Positions 28,625-36,951 of a DNA stretch of 53,448 nt are shown in pieces. Within the stretch, counting starts at the first letter, position 1, and each line of letters starts with the position of its first letter. Made by a program: the position numbers and the translations under genes. This DNA comes from a virus (Duplodnaviria; Caudoviricetes), in IMG/VR virus record IMGVR_UViG_3300031753_000009, positions 1-53,448 of that record; one strand, given 5' to 3'. The notes under the pieces were generated by a model that saw only the letters and a program-made list of their open reading frames with translations, had not been told where the DNA came from and did not search any database.

Positions 28625-29403
28625 GGCGTCACTTCCGGCCATGCCTTAACCACGTCGGGAATAGTGCTGAACAGAAGGTTGGTGTTCTGATACGGCAAAT
28701 TGAGTTTGATCCCATCATGCAGGAGCGCGGGCAACCCACCGTTCCTGTCTAGGATAAACGGCTTCTTTCCCAAATTGCCGAACCGGGCGATCAATTCCTC
28801 GACAGAACGGCCGGCGCGATTAAGCGCAACCTCGTTCACCTCGCTTACGATGTAAGGACAGTTCCTCAAACGCGAACCGCCGATAACTGCCGCAACCTCT
28901 GCACCCTCGATGTCCATTTTAACCAAACGAGGATCGTGCCACCTAAAAGCACTAAGCAAAAAATCATAAGGTACTGCCGAAATCGAAACAGAATCCAAAC
29001 GAGGATCAAACCACGCAGTTCCATCACTACCGCGCATCTTTCCCTGAATTCCTTTATGCCAAAGCGCACCTTCATAAATTTCCACGTTATTCAATTCATT
29101 AACAGCGATGTTATTTTTTAGCTTGGCAACTGATGTTGGGTTGGGCTCAATTGCCAAGACACGCCCTGACACCCCCGCCAGTTTCGCCATCATCACAGTG
29201 AACAACCCGATGTTAGCGCCAGCATCGACCACGAAGTCGCCAGGCTTCAACACCTTGAACAACACGTGACACAACTCGGGCTCGGGCAACGCACCTTGCG
29301 CGAAATAAGCAAGAGTGTGCGCCAAATCGATGCAAGCGTCGTCACGGCACAGCTTTACTTCCAGCTCTTTTTCGCCAATCGCAAATTTGGCAGAAACAAT
29401 CAC
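28621..29403 (-). CDS. FkbM-family SAM-dependent methyltransferase
   Basis: VVDAGANIGLFT, VLAIEPN, LVKMDIEGAE. Confidence 0.9.
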   Translation of the reverse strand: MIVSAKFAIGEKELEVKLCRDDACIDLAHTLAYFAQGALPEPELCHVLFKVLKPGDFVVDAGANIGLFTVMMAKLAGVSGRVLAIEPNPTSVAKLKNNIAVNELNNVEIYEGALWHKGIQGKMRGSDGTAWFDPRLDSVSISAVPYDFLLSAFRWHDPRLVKMDIEGAEVAAVIGGSRLRNCPYIVSEVNEVALNRAGRSVEELIARFGNLGKKPFILDRNGGLPALLHDGIKLNLPYQNTNLLFSTIPDVVKAWPEVTP

Positions 29404-29786
29404 AACAGCTCCAATGTTCGCTTGATCATCACGTCGGTCCACTTGCGAACGGCAACCTTGGGATCGTCGCCCGTAACTTGACTAGCCGCCTTGGCAGAAT
29501 CGGCGAGAATCTTGGCGGCCTGCTCGATAAAATCCTGAGTCGTTCGTTGGAGCCGCGCCACACTTCGCGATGCGTTTATAACATCGGCCAGCGCTTGATC
29601 ATTCTCCCGGTCGCGCTCCGCAAAGACTTCCCTGCCGGCGGGCGTAATGACGTAATTGGCCTCATCCAGCTTGTTCAACAGCCCGCGGGCCGTCAAATCC
29701 TTGACGGGCTTCTCCCATCGCCCCACAGCAAGCATGCTGTTGCCGTGAGAGGCGATCTCAAGGATCGTATATTCGTCATCAGTCAT
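29400..29786 (-). CDS. Hypothetical protein, possible winged-helix N-terminus
   Basis: LTARGLL...YVITPAGREV. Confidence 0.55.
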   Translation of the reverse strand: MTDDEYTILEIASHGNSMLAVGRWEKPVKDLTARGLLNKLDEANYVITPAGREVFAERDRENDQALADVINASRSVARLQRTTQDFIEQAAKILADSAKAASQVTGDDPKVAVRKWTDVMIKRTLELL

Positions 29787-29934
29787 TGAGCGTGCAATTT
29801 TCCAAATCGTTTACTTCATCCGCAAGCCGATCAATTTCTTCAAGCGCGTCTTTCAGCACCCTCGCCAAATGCACATCGTTACGCTCAAGCGCGTTCCAAT
29901 ATTCGTGCTCCAACGTTTCCTCGATGTTGCGCAT
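29779..29934 (-). CDS. 51-aa acidic hypothetical protein
   Basis: Hand-translated MRNIEETLEHEYWNALERND...; GAGGGAG upstream; fills the gap between two genes. Confidence 0.45.
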   Translation of the reverse strand: MRNIEETLEHEYWNALERNDVHLARVLKDALEEIDRLADEVNDLENCTLND

Positions 29935-31300
29935 CAAGTCTCTCCCTCAAAGCCTCACTAATCTGCTCGAACACGGGCTTCCATCGGCGATCCGGTCCTT
30001 GCCGGAAAACACGATGATTAGACCACAACTGATGCTCGCCTGTCACGCCGATGCGATAATCAAGCCCGAGGTAACTATAAGGAATCCAGCACTCGACACC
30101 GGCCAAAGCGCAGATATGCGCAAGCGCCGACTCGCACGTAATCACCAGATCGAGCCGCCGAATAAGGGCAATCGTATCGATCACCGTAAAAATGTTGGGC
30201 GTCAGGTCCCAGATCAACGCGAGGCAGCCGTTCTCGTAAAGCTGCGCATTGTCCTTGCTCTTTTGCAACCCGTAAAGCTGGATGCCCGAAACTTTGTAGA
30301 GTTCAAGAAACTCGGTCACCGAGAAGCTGCGATGCTTGTCGATATCGTTCAACGCACTGCCGGCCCAGCACACGCCAACATGGAAACGACGGTCAGGAAT
30401 GCGCCAATTAACAGGTATATCATACCGATCGACCTGAAAGTGAGGGGCATCCTCGATCTCCTTGCCGGACAGTTCCAGGGCCGAAGGCAGACTGACGAAT
30501 GTCGTCCAGCACTCGGCGGGCGGAAACTGATTGGAAGTCGCAAACAGTGTCAGGTTATCAATATGCCCAAAGGCGCGCTGAAAAAGATGCAGCAACTCGG
30601 GCTGCACCAACGCATGCACGTGTTTAGATCGCGCGCACGCCGCCGGAAGAAAACGCGAAAAGCTCAACGTGTCGCCCAAACCCTGATCGGCCAGGACGTA
30701 CACATGCTTGCCCTCCTCTCCGATCCACTTCGGATATGGATACTGAAGATAATTCTTCAGCCGATAAGCAAACCGCGATTCGAGATGTTTGAACCCCAGC
30801 TTCCATTGACGATTAAAAGCGTACGCCATTCCCAGCGCAAACTCGTTCATCGCCGTCTGAGGCGCCAACTCAAACGCGCGTTGAGCGCACTGAACCGACG
30901 TTTGCAGGTGTCCGAGCGTGCGATGGATAACCGACAAGTTCACCCACACCATGTCAAGCGAACCGTCCAGCTCGGCCGACGCCTGTGCGCACTCCAGCGC
31001 TTCCGTCACCTCGCCAAGGTCGTGCAGCTTCCACGCAAGGTTGGATAGAATCTTGGCACGCAAAGTGATGTCGGTTTCGCAATTCAATGCCTGCCGCCAG
31101 TGCGCAATCGAGGCAAGCGGCCAATTCAAATCGTGATTGTTGTTGCCGAGCTGATAGTGGGCCTCGCCCCATGTTGGATCGGCAAGGCACGCATTGGCGA
31201 ACAGACGATAGCCGTGATTGAAACGATCAGGGTTGTTCAGATCGTTGATCGCGGAAACGCCCTGATTGTAAAGCTCGACCGCTCTTTGCCTGTTGCCCAT
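29885..31300 (-). CDS. TPR-repeat glycosyltransferase (GT-B, GT9-like C-terminus)
   Basis: N-terminal TPRs; DQGLGDTLSFSRF, VGVCWAGS, LDLVITCESALAHI. Confidence 0.8.
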   Translation of the reverse strand: MGNRQRAVELYNQGVSAINDLNNPDRFNHGYRLFANACLADPTWGEAHYQLGNNNHDLNWPLASIAHWRQALNCETDITLRAKILSNLAWKLHDLGEVTEALECAQASAELDGSLDMVWVNLSVIHRTLGHLQTSVQCAQRAFELAPQTAMNEFALGMAYAFNRQWKLGFKHLESRFAYRLKNYLQYPYPKWIGEEGKHVYVLADQGLGDTLSFSRFLPAACARSKHVHALVQPELLHLFQRAFGHIDNLTLFATSNQFPPAECWTTFVSLPSALELSGKEIEDAPHFQVDRYDIPVNWRIPDRRFHVGVCWAGSALNDIDKHRSFSVTEFLELYKVSGIQLYGLQKSKDNAQLYENGCLALIWDLTPNIFTVIDTIALIRRLDLVITCESALAHICALAGVECWIPYSYLGLDYRIGVTGEHQLWSNHRVFRQGPDRRWKPVFEQISEALRERLDAQHRGNVGARILERA

Positions 31301-31996
31301 TTATGCTGTCACTCTCGCCGCGATCCGCTTCACCTGCGTCACATGAAATGGAACGCCAGTACGCGTTCGATAGCCATTCTGATTGAGGAACCGAGCGATC
31401 TGCCAGGGCGATTGGACCGTCTGAACCATATCCTTGACGAGCGCCACCACTTCCTGTTCCTGCGGATTGACCTCAAGGGTTGCCTCCCGTTCCGAACCGC
31501 GCACAATGTAACCGTACGGCGCTTGCCCGCCAAGATGCCCGCCGCGAGCCCGCTTGGCTTTCATGCCGTCAATGACCCGCTCGTGGATGCGCCCACGCTC
31601 GAACTCGGCCACGGCAGAGAGAATGGTGAAGAAGAGCTTGGCAACCCCGTTATCCGTCACCGGCTCCGCCGCAATGTCGAGCAGAATGACCTTCACGCCC
31701 CGCTTCTGGAGAACCTCGACCGTGGAGAGCGCGTCGGATGCGGAGCGGAACAGACGATCGAGCTTGGCAGCGCATACCACATCTCCAGAATCCGCGTCCG
31801 CCAGGAGTCGAGCGCCTTGCGGTCTTTCGCCGAGCGGGGTGGCGCCGCTAACACCTCGATCAACATACGCTGCAAAGTCGTATGGACTTGCACCGCGGAT
31901 TTGTGCCAACCCCCTGAGCTTGCGTTCCTGCTCCTCAAGCGTCGTCCCATCGGCTTGCTCCTCCGTTGAACAGCGGCAATAACCGAGAATCATCAT
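31301..31996 (-). CDS. Serine recombinase (resolvase family)
   Basis: GYCRCSTEEQ, DRGVSG, KLDRLFRS, AVAEFER, GGQAPYGY. Confidence 0.92.
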   Translation of the reverse strand: MMILGYCRCSTEEQADGTTLEEQERKLRGLAQIRGASPYDFAAYVDRGVSGATPLGERPQGARLLADADSGDVVCAAKLDRLFRSASDALSTVEVLQKRGVKVILLDIAAEPVTDNGVAKLFFTILSAVAEFERGRIHERVIDGMKAKRARGGHLGGQAPYGYIVRGSEREATLEVNPQEQEVVALVKDMVQTVQSPWQIARFLNQNGYRTRTGVPFHVTQVKRIAARVTA

Positions 31997-32004
31997 GCAT
32001 CCTC

Positions 32005-32046
32005 CGTGTAGTGAAAGTGACTACACGACCGCCTTGAGCTTGTCAA
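32005..32046 (-). promoter_or_regulatory. Promoter plus palindromic operator upstream of the recombinase
   Basis: TTGACA (32046-32041), 17 nt, TAGTCA; inverted repeat CGTGTAGT-N7-ACTACACG at 32005-32027. Confidence 0.6.
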
Positions 32047-32980
32047 CCCCCAACTGTTTTTCAATCCACAAATAAGTTTGGCGCAATCCTTTTTCCAAAG
32101 AAATACAAGGCTCCCATCCACCAGTACAATTTTTTAGCAATGTATTATCGCAACAACGCTTGCTAACGCCAATAGGACCGGGCACATGAACGGGAACAAG
32201 AGTCTTACCGGCAATTCGACAAATCAAGCTAATCATACGGCTAATGGTCACTTCCTCAGTCGAACCGACGTTGATAGGCAAGCTGCAATCACTATTCATG
32301 ACTCGCCTGATACCTTCCACCGCATCATCGATAAACATAAAGCTGCGTGTTTGTTGTCCGTTTCCCCACAACTCGACACATGAATGATCGCGCGCCTCTG
32401 CAACTTTTCGGCACATTGCGGCCGGGGCGCGTTCTTTGCCTCCTTTATATATTGTCTTAGGACCATAAGTTGAATGAAGCCGCACGATTCTTATTTCAAG
32501 CTTATTTCGCATGGCAGAAAGCAAGCGCTCAACGATTAGCGATGCCCATCCGAATTCGTTAGCAGGCTCCGCTGGATAAGCGTCATGCTCAGCTACAATT
32601 CCAATTTTAGATTTGGAATATACGCAGGAAGACGAAACAAAAAGCAATCTTTTAACCTTCATATAACAACATGCTTCTGCAATAGACATATTTATTAAGA
32701 TGTTATCGCGCAACAACATAAAATCGTTAGCAGTAGTTTCCAAATAACCAAGGCCACCTGTATTTCCAGCACATTGATACACTTCATCTGCGCCGTCAAA
32801 CACAGGATCATTAGCCTTTATATAACGCAAATCCGTCTTAATATATTCATCCGCCCGACTAGCTGAGTAAAGAGGACTATTGCGCGACAAAGCACGCACA
32901 TAATAACCTTCAGTCTTCAACCGCTCAACCAGCGCATGCCCAATAAATCCGCCGGCTCCGCATACTACTGCTATTATCAT
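32021..32980 (-). CDS. GDP-mannose 3,5-epimerase-like extended SDR protein with altered active site
   Basis: GAGGFIG, SSSCVY, APAAMCRK, WGNGQQTRSF; YxxxK replaced by FGWAS. Confidence 0.8.
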   Translation of the reverse strand: MIIAVVCGAGGFIGHALVERLKTEGYYVRALSRNSPLYSASRADEYIKTDLRYIKANDPVFDGADEVYQCAGNTGGLGYLETTANDFMLLRDNILINMSIAEACCYMKVKRLLFVSSSCVYSKSKIGIVAEHDAYPAEPANEFGWASLIVERLLSAMRNKLEIRIVRLHSTYGPKTIYKGGKERAPAAMCRKVAEARDHSCVELWGNGQQTRSFMFIDDAVEGIRRVMNSDCSLPINVGSTEEVTISRMISLICRIAGKTLVPVHVPGPIGVSKRCCDNTLLKNCTGGWEPCISLEKGLRQTYLWIEKQLGVDKLKAVV

Positions 32981-33055
32981 TTTACTCCCCGACCACTTGA
33001 TCACCACGCTCTGCAAGGCGCCCAACGAAACCGCAACCGCCTGTGATGAGAACTT

Positions 33056-33454
33056 TCATGCTTGCCCCGTTCGTGCCTCAATCTGGACGCGAGAGAAGGC
33101 TTCTAGGGTTTCGCGGGTTGGGTGCCAGTCGTCAGGAATCTGTGAAGGAATGTCGGAATATCGTTTACGACCATAACTAACTTCGATAACTGGACAATTG
33201 CAATTGGGAAGGTGTGCAAACAAACTCTTTGGGTAATGGCCGGCATACCATACTGCTTTAGCTGGTGATCTCCCCCAATTTAATTCCTCTATCCATTTCC
33301 TAACACCTTCCTCACTAAATTCAGCCGCCTTACCAAAGGCGCGTACCCGTTCCTCGTCGCTCAGCCCTGACGCAAGCAGCGCCTCCATCTGTGCCAGATG
33401 CGAAGCCCGCAGTTCGGCGGCAAGGGAGATTTGTTTAGTCATTCGGTTGGACAT
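33056..33454 (-). CDS. Hypothetical protein
   Basis: ORF in the operon; GGAG RBS. Confidence 0.55.
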   Translation of the reverse strand: MSNRMTKQISLAAELRASHLAQMEALLASGLSDEERVRAFGKAAEFSEEGVRKWIEELNWGRSPAKAVWYAGHYPKSLFAHLPNCNCPVIEVSYGRKRYSDIPSQIPDDWHPTRETLEAFSRVQIEARTGQA

Positions 33455-33455
33455 T

Positions 33456-33644
33456 TCATTTGCTCCCAACAGGTGTGACGCGCTGTTGTTTCTCTTTTTC
33501 CCTCTTAATTCGCCACTCGCGAATCAACCAAGCGCGAGCAATCTGCAAAGTGCGAATGTGCTGTTCCAACTTCGCCAAGTCGCAAAACTCGGTAGATTCG
33601 ATCCTGATATCCGGCGAATCGTCAGATCGCAAGGTCACGTTCAT
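33456..33644 (-). CDS. Hypothetical protein
   Basis: 62 aa, ATGA-coupled. Confidence 0.5.
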   Translation of the reverse strand: MNVTLRSDDSPDIRIESTEFCDLAKLEQHIRTLQIARAWLIREWRIKREKEKQQRVTPVGSK

Positions 33645-34876
33645 TCTATCCTCGGCAGTTTGCCATGATCAAACCGCCAGTCGGCAACTCGTATCTGGGG
33701 GTCGCGGCACTTGATGCCATACACGATACCCCCCGCCTTGGTTGCCGTGATCCTGATCTCACGATAGACAACAGGCGTCGGCAGATCAATCCACATCAGC
33801 GTCGTCTCGGGCGGCAATGTCGGACTAGCCTTGATGCCGGCGGTATCGATGATCTCCCACGCCGCCCCGTCCTTGCCCCCTGTCAAGTAGATCGAGCACG
33901 GTCCGACGACCGGAACAGTAAGGGAAGCACCTTGCTCAGCGGCGCGCCAGGCAAACGGACCGAAGCCGGCGAATGCCTTGAGAGTCCAGTTGCCCTCCCA
34001 GCGAGCACCAAGGCCGCCGAGCTGATGCGCAAAGACGATATGAGAGCCGTCAACGTTGCGAACGTAGGACGTGTCAGGTAAGCACAATCGCCCCTCTCGC
34101 ACCTGCCGAGTGCGTTCGACAAACAATCCGAAAGCACAGTCATTACGAAGTGCCTCCACGGGCTCGGTTGCAATGGTCAATCCCTGCTGCGCCAACGGCG
34201 GGTCCTGCCCGATCATCTGGACATGCGAGGGAGTAGAAGCGATCGAAGCAAGCCCGTGCGAGGCCAGCATCGCCTCGTTGTTCCAATCTGTCGTAATATG
34301 ATGTTCGCTCAGCCTGAACGCCCACCACTTGCCGATATCGACACCAGCCAACGAAGAAAAGGCGCGCCGGTTATCAAGAGTCCATCCGGTGCGAAGATTA
34401 TTAAGCGTGAGCTGGGCAGCCTCGCGCGTCATAATCTGAGTGCCCCAGCCGTGATTATGCACAAGCGCGTAACCGGAACGTTGAACGAGGATACGATCGA
34501 CGTAGCAGCGGGCGGAAACGGCACCGACCTTCAGGCCATCTTTGACGCCAACGTCGAACAACGCCATGGTGCGATCGAACCAGTCGTTCGGGAGAAGCAC
34601 GTCGTTTTCGACGAGTCCGATATAGTCATAATCGTTATCCAAAAGCATCGTAAGTGCATAGACAACCGCAGCGTCGGGACCGCCAAAAATATCAGAATGA
34701 AAATAAACTTCATTATGCTTACTTAGTAATTGATAAGTAAAATCCAACGTAGCCTTTTCCTTACTCCCGTCTAACCAATAAACATCACAAGCGTCAAACC
34801 GATACAAAGGCTTGATCGATCGCTTCGTCAACTCGACGCGATCCTTGGTTAGAAAGGCGATTGCAACCTTGTTCAT
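33641..34876 (-). CDS. GT-A (family 2-like) glycosyltransferase with C-terminal beta domain
   Basis: IAFLTKDRVELTKRSI, WLDGS, YIGLVENDVLLP, VGAVS. Confidence 0.7.
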   Translation of the reverse strand: MNKVAIAFLTKDRVELTKRSIKPLYRFDACDVYWLDGSKEKATLDFTYQLLSKHNEVYFHSDIFGGPDAAVVYALTMLLDNDYDYIGLVENDVLLPNDWFDRTMALFDVGVKDGLKVGAVSARCYVDRILVQRSGYALVHNHGWGTQIMTREAAQLTLNNLRTGWTLDNRRAFSSLAGVDIGKWWAFRLSEHHITTDWNNEAMLASHGLASIASTPSHVQMIGQDPPLAQQGLTIATEPVEALRNDCAFGLFVERTRQVREGRLCLPDTSYVRNVDGSHIVFAHQLGGLGARWEGNWTLKAFAGFGPFAWRAAEQGASLTVPVVGPCSIYLTGGKDGAAWEIIDTAGIKASPTLPPETTLMWIDLPTPVVYREIRITATKAGGIVYGIKCRDPQIRVADWRFDHGKLPRIE

Positions 34877-35106
34877 GCTTGTTTCTCGAATACAAATCCA
34901 AGGTAACGAAAATAATTCAACGGGGGGTCCACGCGCCGCGTATGCGTCACGAAGCCAGACATTTTGTGCTCTAAATAAATCAGCAAAGTCTTCCACTCAC
35001 GTTCCGGCAAAACAATTTTAACTTTTTCATGATCGATATTTAGCTGATGCATCGCCTCGGCAATAACATACATACACGCAGGAAATTCGTGATAATTTAT
35101 TGTCAT
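34873..35106 (-). CDS. Hypothetical protein
   Basis: 77 aa, coupled on both sides. Confidence 0.55.
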   Translation of the reverse strand: MTINYHEFPACMYVIAEAMHQLNIDHEKVKIVLPEREWKTLLIYLEHKMSGFVTHTRRVDPPLNYFRYLGFVFEKQA

Positions 35107-35351
35107 AGCATCCCCAGCGCGTGCATGTACTGATCGAGCAATGCCTCGCGCTCCTCCCTAGTTGCCTTGTCCTCACCCCTGATCTTGACAATCAAGCGAA
35201 GAACCGCGGGATGGAAACCAGCGTCCTTGGCTTCTACGTAGATGTCCTTGATGTCGGATTGCAGCTCGCGCTTTTCATCATTCAGCTTCTCGATGCGCTC
35301 GACGAGAGACGCAAGCGCCTGCTTGGCGTTGCCGCCGATATGTTCCATCAC
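35103..35351 (-). CDS. gapR: GapR/DUF2312 nucleoid-associated protein
   Basis: LASLVERIEKLNDEK...DIKDIYVEAKDAGF...LDQYMHALGM. Confidence 0.9.
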   Translation of the reverse strand: MMEHIGGNAKQALASLVERIEKLNDEKRELQSDIKDIYVEAKDAGFHPAVLRLIVKIRGEDKATREEREALLDQYMHALGML

Positions 35352-36337
35352 ATCACCTTCTCAAGGTCGTCGCACCATGCTTTAGTTAAATCAAACTCGT
35401 CCCCAAGACAACTATAAATATACCTGACTTGTTCTAAAACAGAGCCAGCAGGTAAAAGTGTTTTATCCAAAACGTAGGAAACTACATCAATACTATCCAT
35501 CCCAAACAACTCGGCGCGCAAGTCATCAACGAGATCATGCTGATTACGTTGTTGCCAAACAAAGGGGTGGCCGAAGTGGACGCACTGGCCTCGATCGCGC
35601 ATGACGCGCTGAGCGATCAGGGAAGCAAAAATATCATCGTACCGCTCGAACTGCGGGCACATGAGAAAGCACGGCGCCAGCTCGCGCGTGAACGCCGTAT
35701 TCTGCGAATTAAACACCGTCCAAGTTCCGGGCTCGACCACAATGCCAGCCTGCAACACCTCACTCACGCCGTGCACGATCGGATGATTGGCAATGCGCTC
35801 CACTGCGCCGATGTCGGGATCGCCCAGGCAGATGCCGGCAGCAACACCGATCTTAACGTTGGTAACCGGGGCGAAGTTCAAAGACTCATGCTTGTCATGC
35901 GGAAAACCGCGATGGGGAGCCTTCGGAACGAGCAGATCGCCCACGTCGAACCAGTTTCCAAAAGCTTGCAGCCCGTGGAAGCGGCCGGCGAAGATGCGCT
36001 CAAAGTGATAAAAATAATTCGAATTGATCGGAATGTTGTCGTCGTCAATCGTCACGATGATGTCAGCACCCCACTTGAGGGCTTCCAGCAGAGCAATGTT
36101 GCGCCGCGCGATCGTGTTCCAACCGAGGATTTCAGAGCACTTGTAGTTCAACGCTTTCTGGGCTTCGGGGGACAGATAAGACACGAGAGCGCCAAGCGAT
36201 CGGCAAAATTCCTCGGCTTCCGGCGGCGTTTTGAGATCGCCTGCGACGAAAAACTTAACCCACTCGCCCGCGAGCGCCCTATAAAGCTTAAGGACGTGCG
36301 GGACGTTGATCGTCGTTGTTATGAGAGCGGTTTTCAT
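35348..36337 (-). CDS. STELLO/DUF288-RGP-like GT-A protein
   Basis: ITTTINVP, RRNIALLEA, TIDDDN, HRGFP, GDPDIGA, FNSQNT, RYDDI. Confidence 0.75.
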   Translation of the reverse strand: MKTALITTTINVPHVLKLYRALAGEWVKFFVAGDLKTPPEAEEFCRSLGALVSYLSPEAQKALNYKCSEILGWNTIARRNIALLEALKWGADIIVTIDDDNIPINSNYFYHFERIFAGRFHGLQAFGNWFDVGDLLVPKAPHRGFPHDKHESLNFAPVTNVKIGVAAGICLGDPDIGAVERIANHPIVHGVSEVLQAGIVVEPGTWTVFNSQNTAFTRELAPCFLMCPQFERYDDIFASLIAQRVMRDRGQCVHFGHPFVWQQRNQHDLVDDLRAELFGMDSIDVVSYVLDKTLLPAGSVLEQVRYIYSCLGDEFDLTKAWCDDLEKVM

Positions 36338-36501
36338 TTTATCATGCCGAACATATCTAAAGCAAACAATATTGAAAAAGTACCGGCACAAACCCCAAGT
36401 ATAAAAGCAAGACCTTCGTGACAATGCCCTTTATAAGAAGAGCAAGGGCCGCGGTGTTTAATCCTTACCGCTTCGTAATCCTTTTCTTCGTCGGAAATCA
36501 T
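36334..36501 (-). CDS. 55-aa single-TM protein
   Basis: Hand-translated MISDEEKDYE...GLAFILGVCAGTFSILFALDMFGMIK; ATGA overlap with the next gene. Confidence 0.5.
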   Translation of the reverse strand: MISDEEKDYEAVRIKHRGPCSSYKGHCHEGLAFILGVCAGTFSILFALDMFGMIK

Positions 36502-36509
36502 TTGTCCGC

Positions 36510-36677
36510 CTAGGCAACGAAATGCGACGCAGCGACAGAAGCATTAACCGCAGCAGCAAGCGCATTAAGATACATAGAAACTCTTAAGCCATTAATTGCC
36601 GAATCTATGCATATCAGCATCGTAAACATGCACGCGCCAACATTCAACGTCCACGCCCAAGTTGCAAAGTCGGTCAT
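36510..36677 (-). CDS. 55-aa hydrophobic protein
   Basis: Start MTDFATW, ATGA-coupled to the RHH gene. Confidence 0.5.
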   Translation of the reverse strand: MTDFATWAWTLNVGACMFTMLICIDSAINGLRVSMYLNALAAAVNASVAASHFVA

Positions 36678-36826
36678 TTGTCCACCTTCTTGGCCCAATC
36701 GATATATTGCTGAAGAACGCGCGCGATCAGCCGGGACAGCGAGTAGCCTTGCAGCCTCGCTGCCTTCAACAGTTCCTCCTTGAGTTGCCTGGAGAGGCGG
36801 ATGGAGGTGGGGAGGTCTTTGGGCAT
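36674..36826 (-). CDS. Ribbon-helix-helix (Arc/CopG-like) regulator, 50 aa
   Basis: Hand-translated MPKDLPTSIRLSRQLKEELLKAARLQGYSLSRLIARVLQQYIDWAKKVDK; AAGGA RBS; below the ORF-track cutoff. Confidence 0.75.
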   Translation of the reverse strand: MPKDLPTSIRLSRQLKEELLKAARLQGYSLSRLIARVLQQYIDWAKKVDK

Positions 36827-36914
36827 CTAATTCCTTGAGTAAGAGCCCGGTCGCCGCCAGGTACACAGCGACCGGGCCGCTCCCGGCCGCGAAGGGAAAG
36901 CACGGCCGGTTGCT

Positions 36915-36951
36915 TGTAGTGAGAGCTACTACATTGATGAGGGGGAGTCAA
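36915..36951 (-). promoter_or_regulatory. Promoter plus palindromic operator upstream of the RHH gene
   Basis: TTGACT (36951-36946); TGTAGT-N7-ACTACA at 36915-36933, over the expected -10. Confidence 0.55.

Noticed and set aside
29786-31969. 420-aa and 289-aa plus-strand ORFs
   Set aside because: Shadows of the TPR-glycosyltransferase and recombinase genes.
31301-31996. Serine recombinase as the phage integrase or an IS607 transposase
   Set aside because: Too short for a large serine integrase; no N-terminal HTH or tnpB; no att sites identified.
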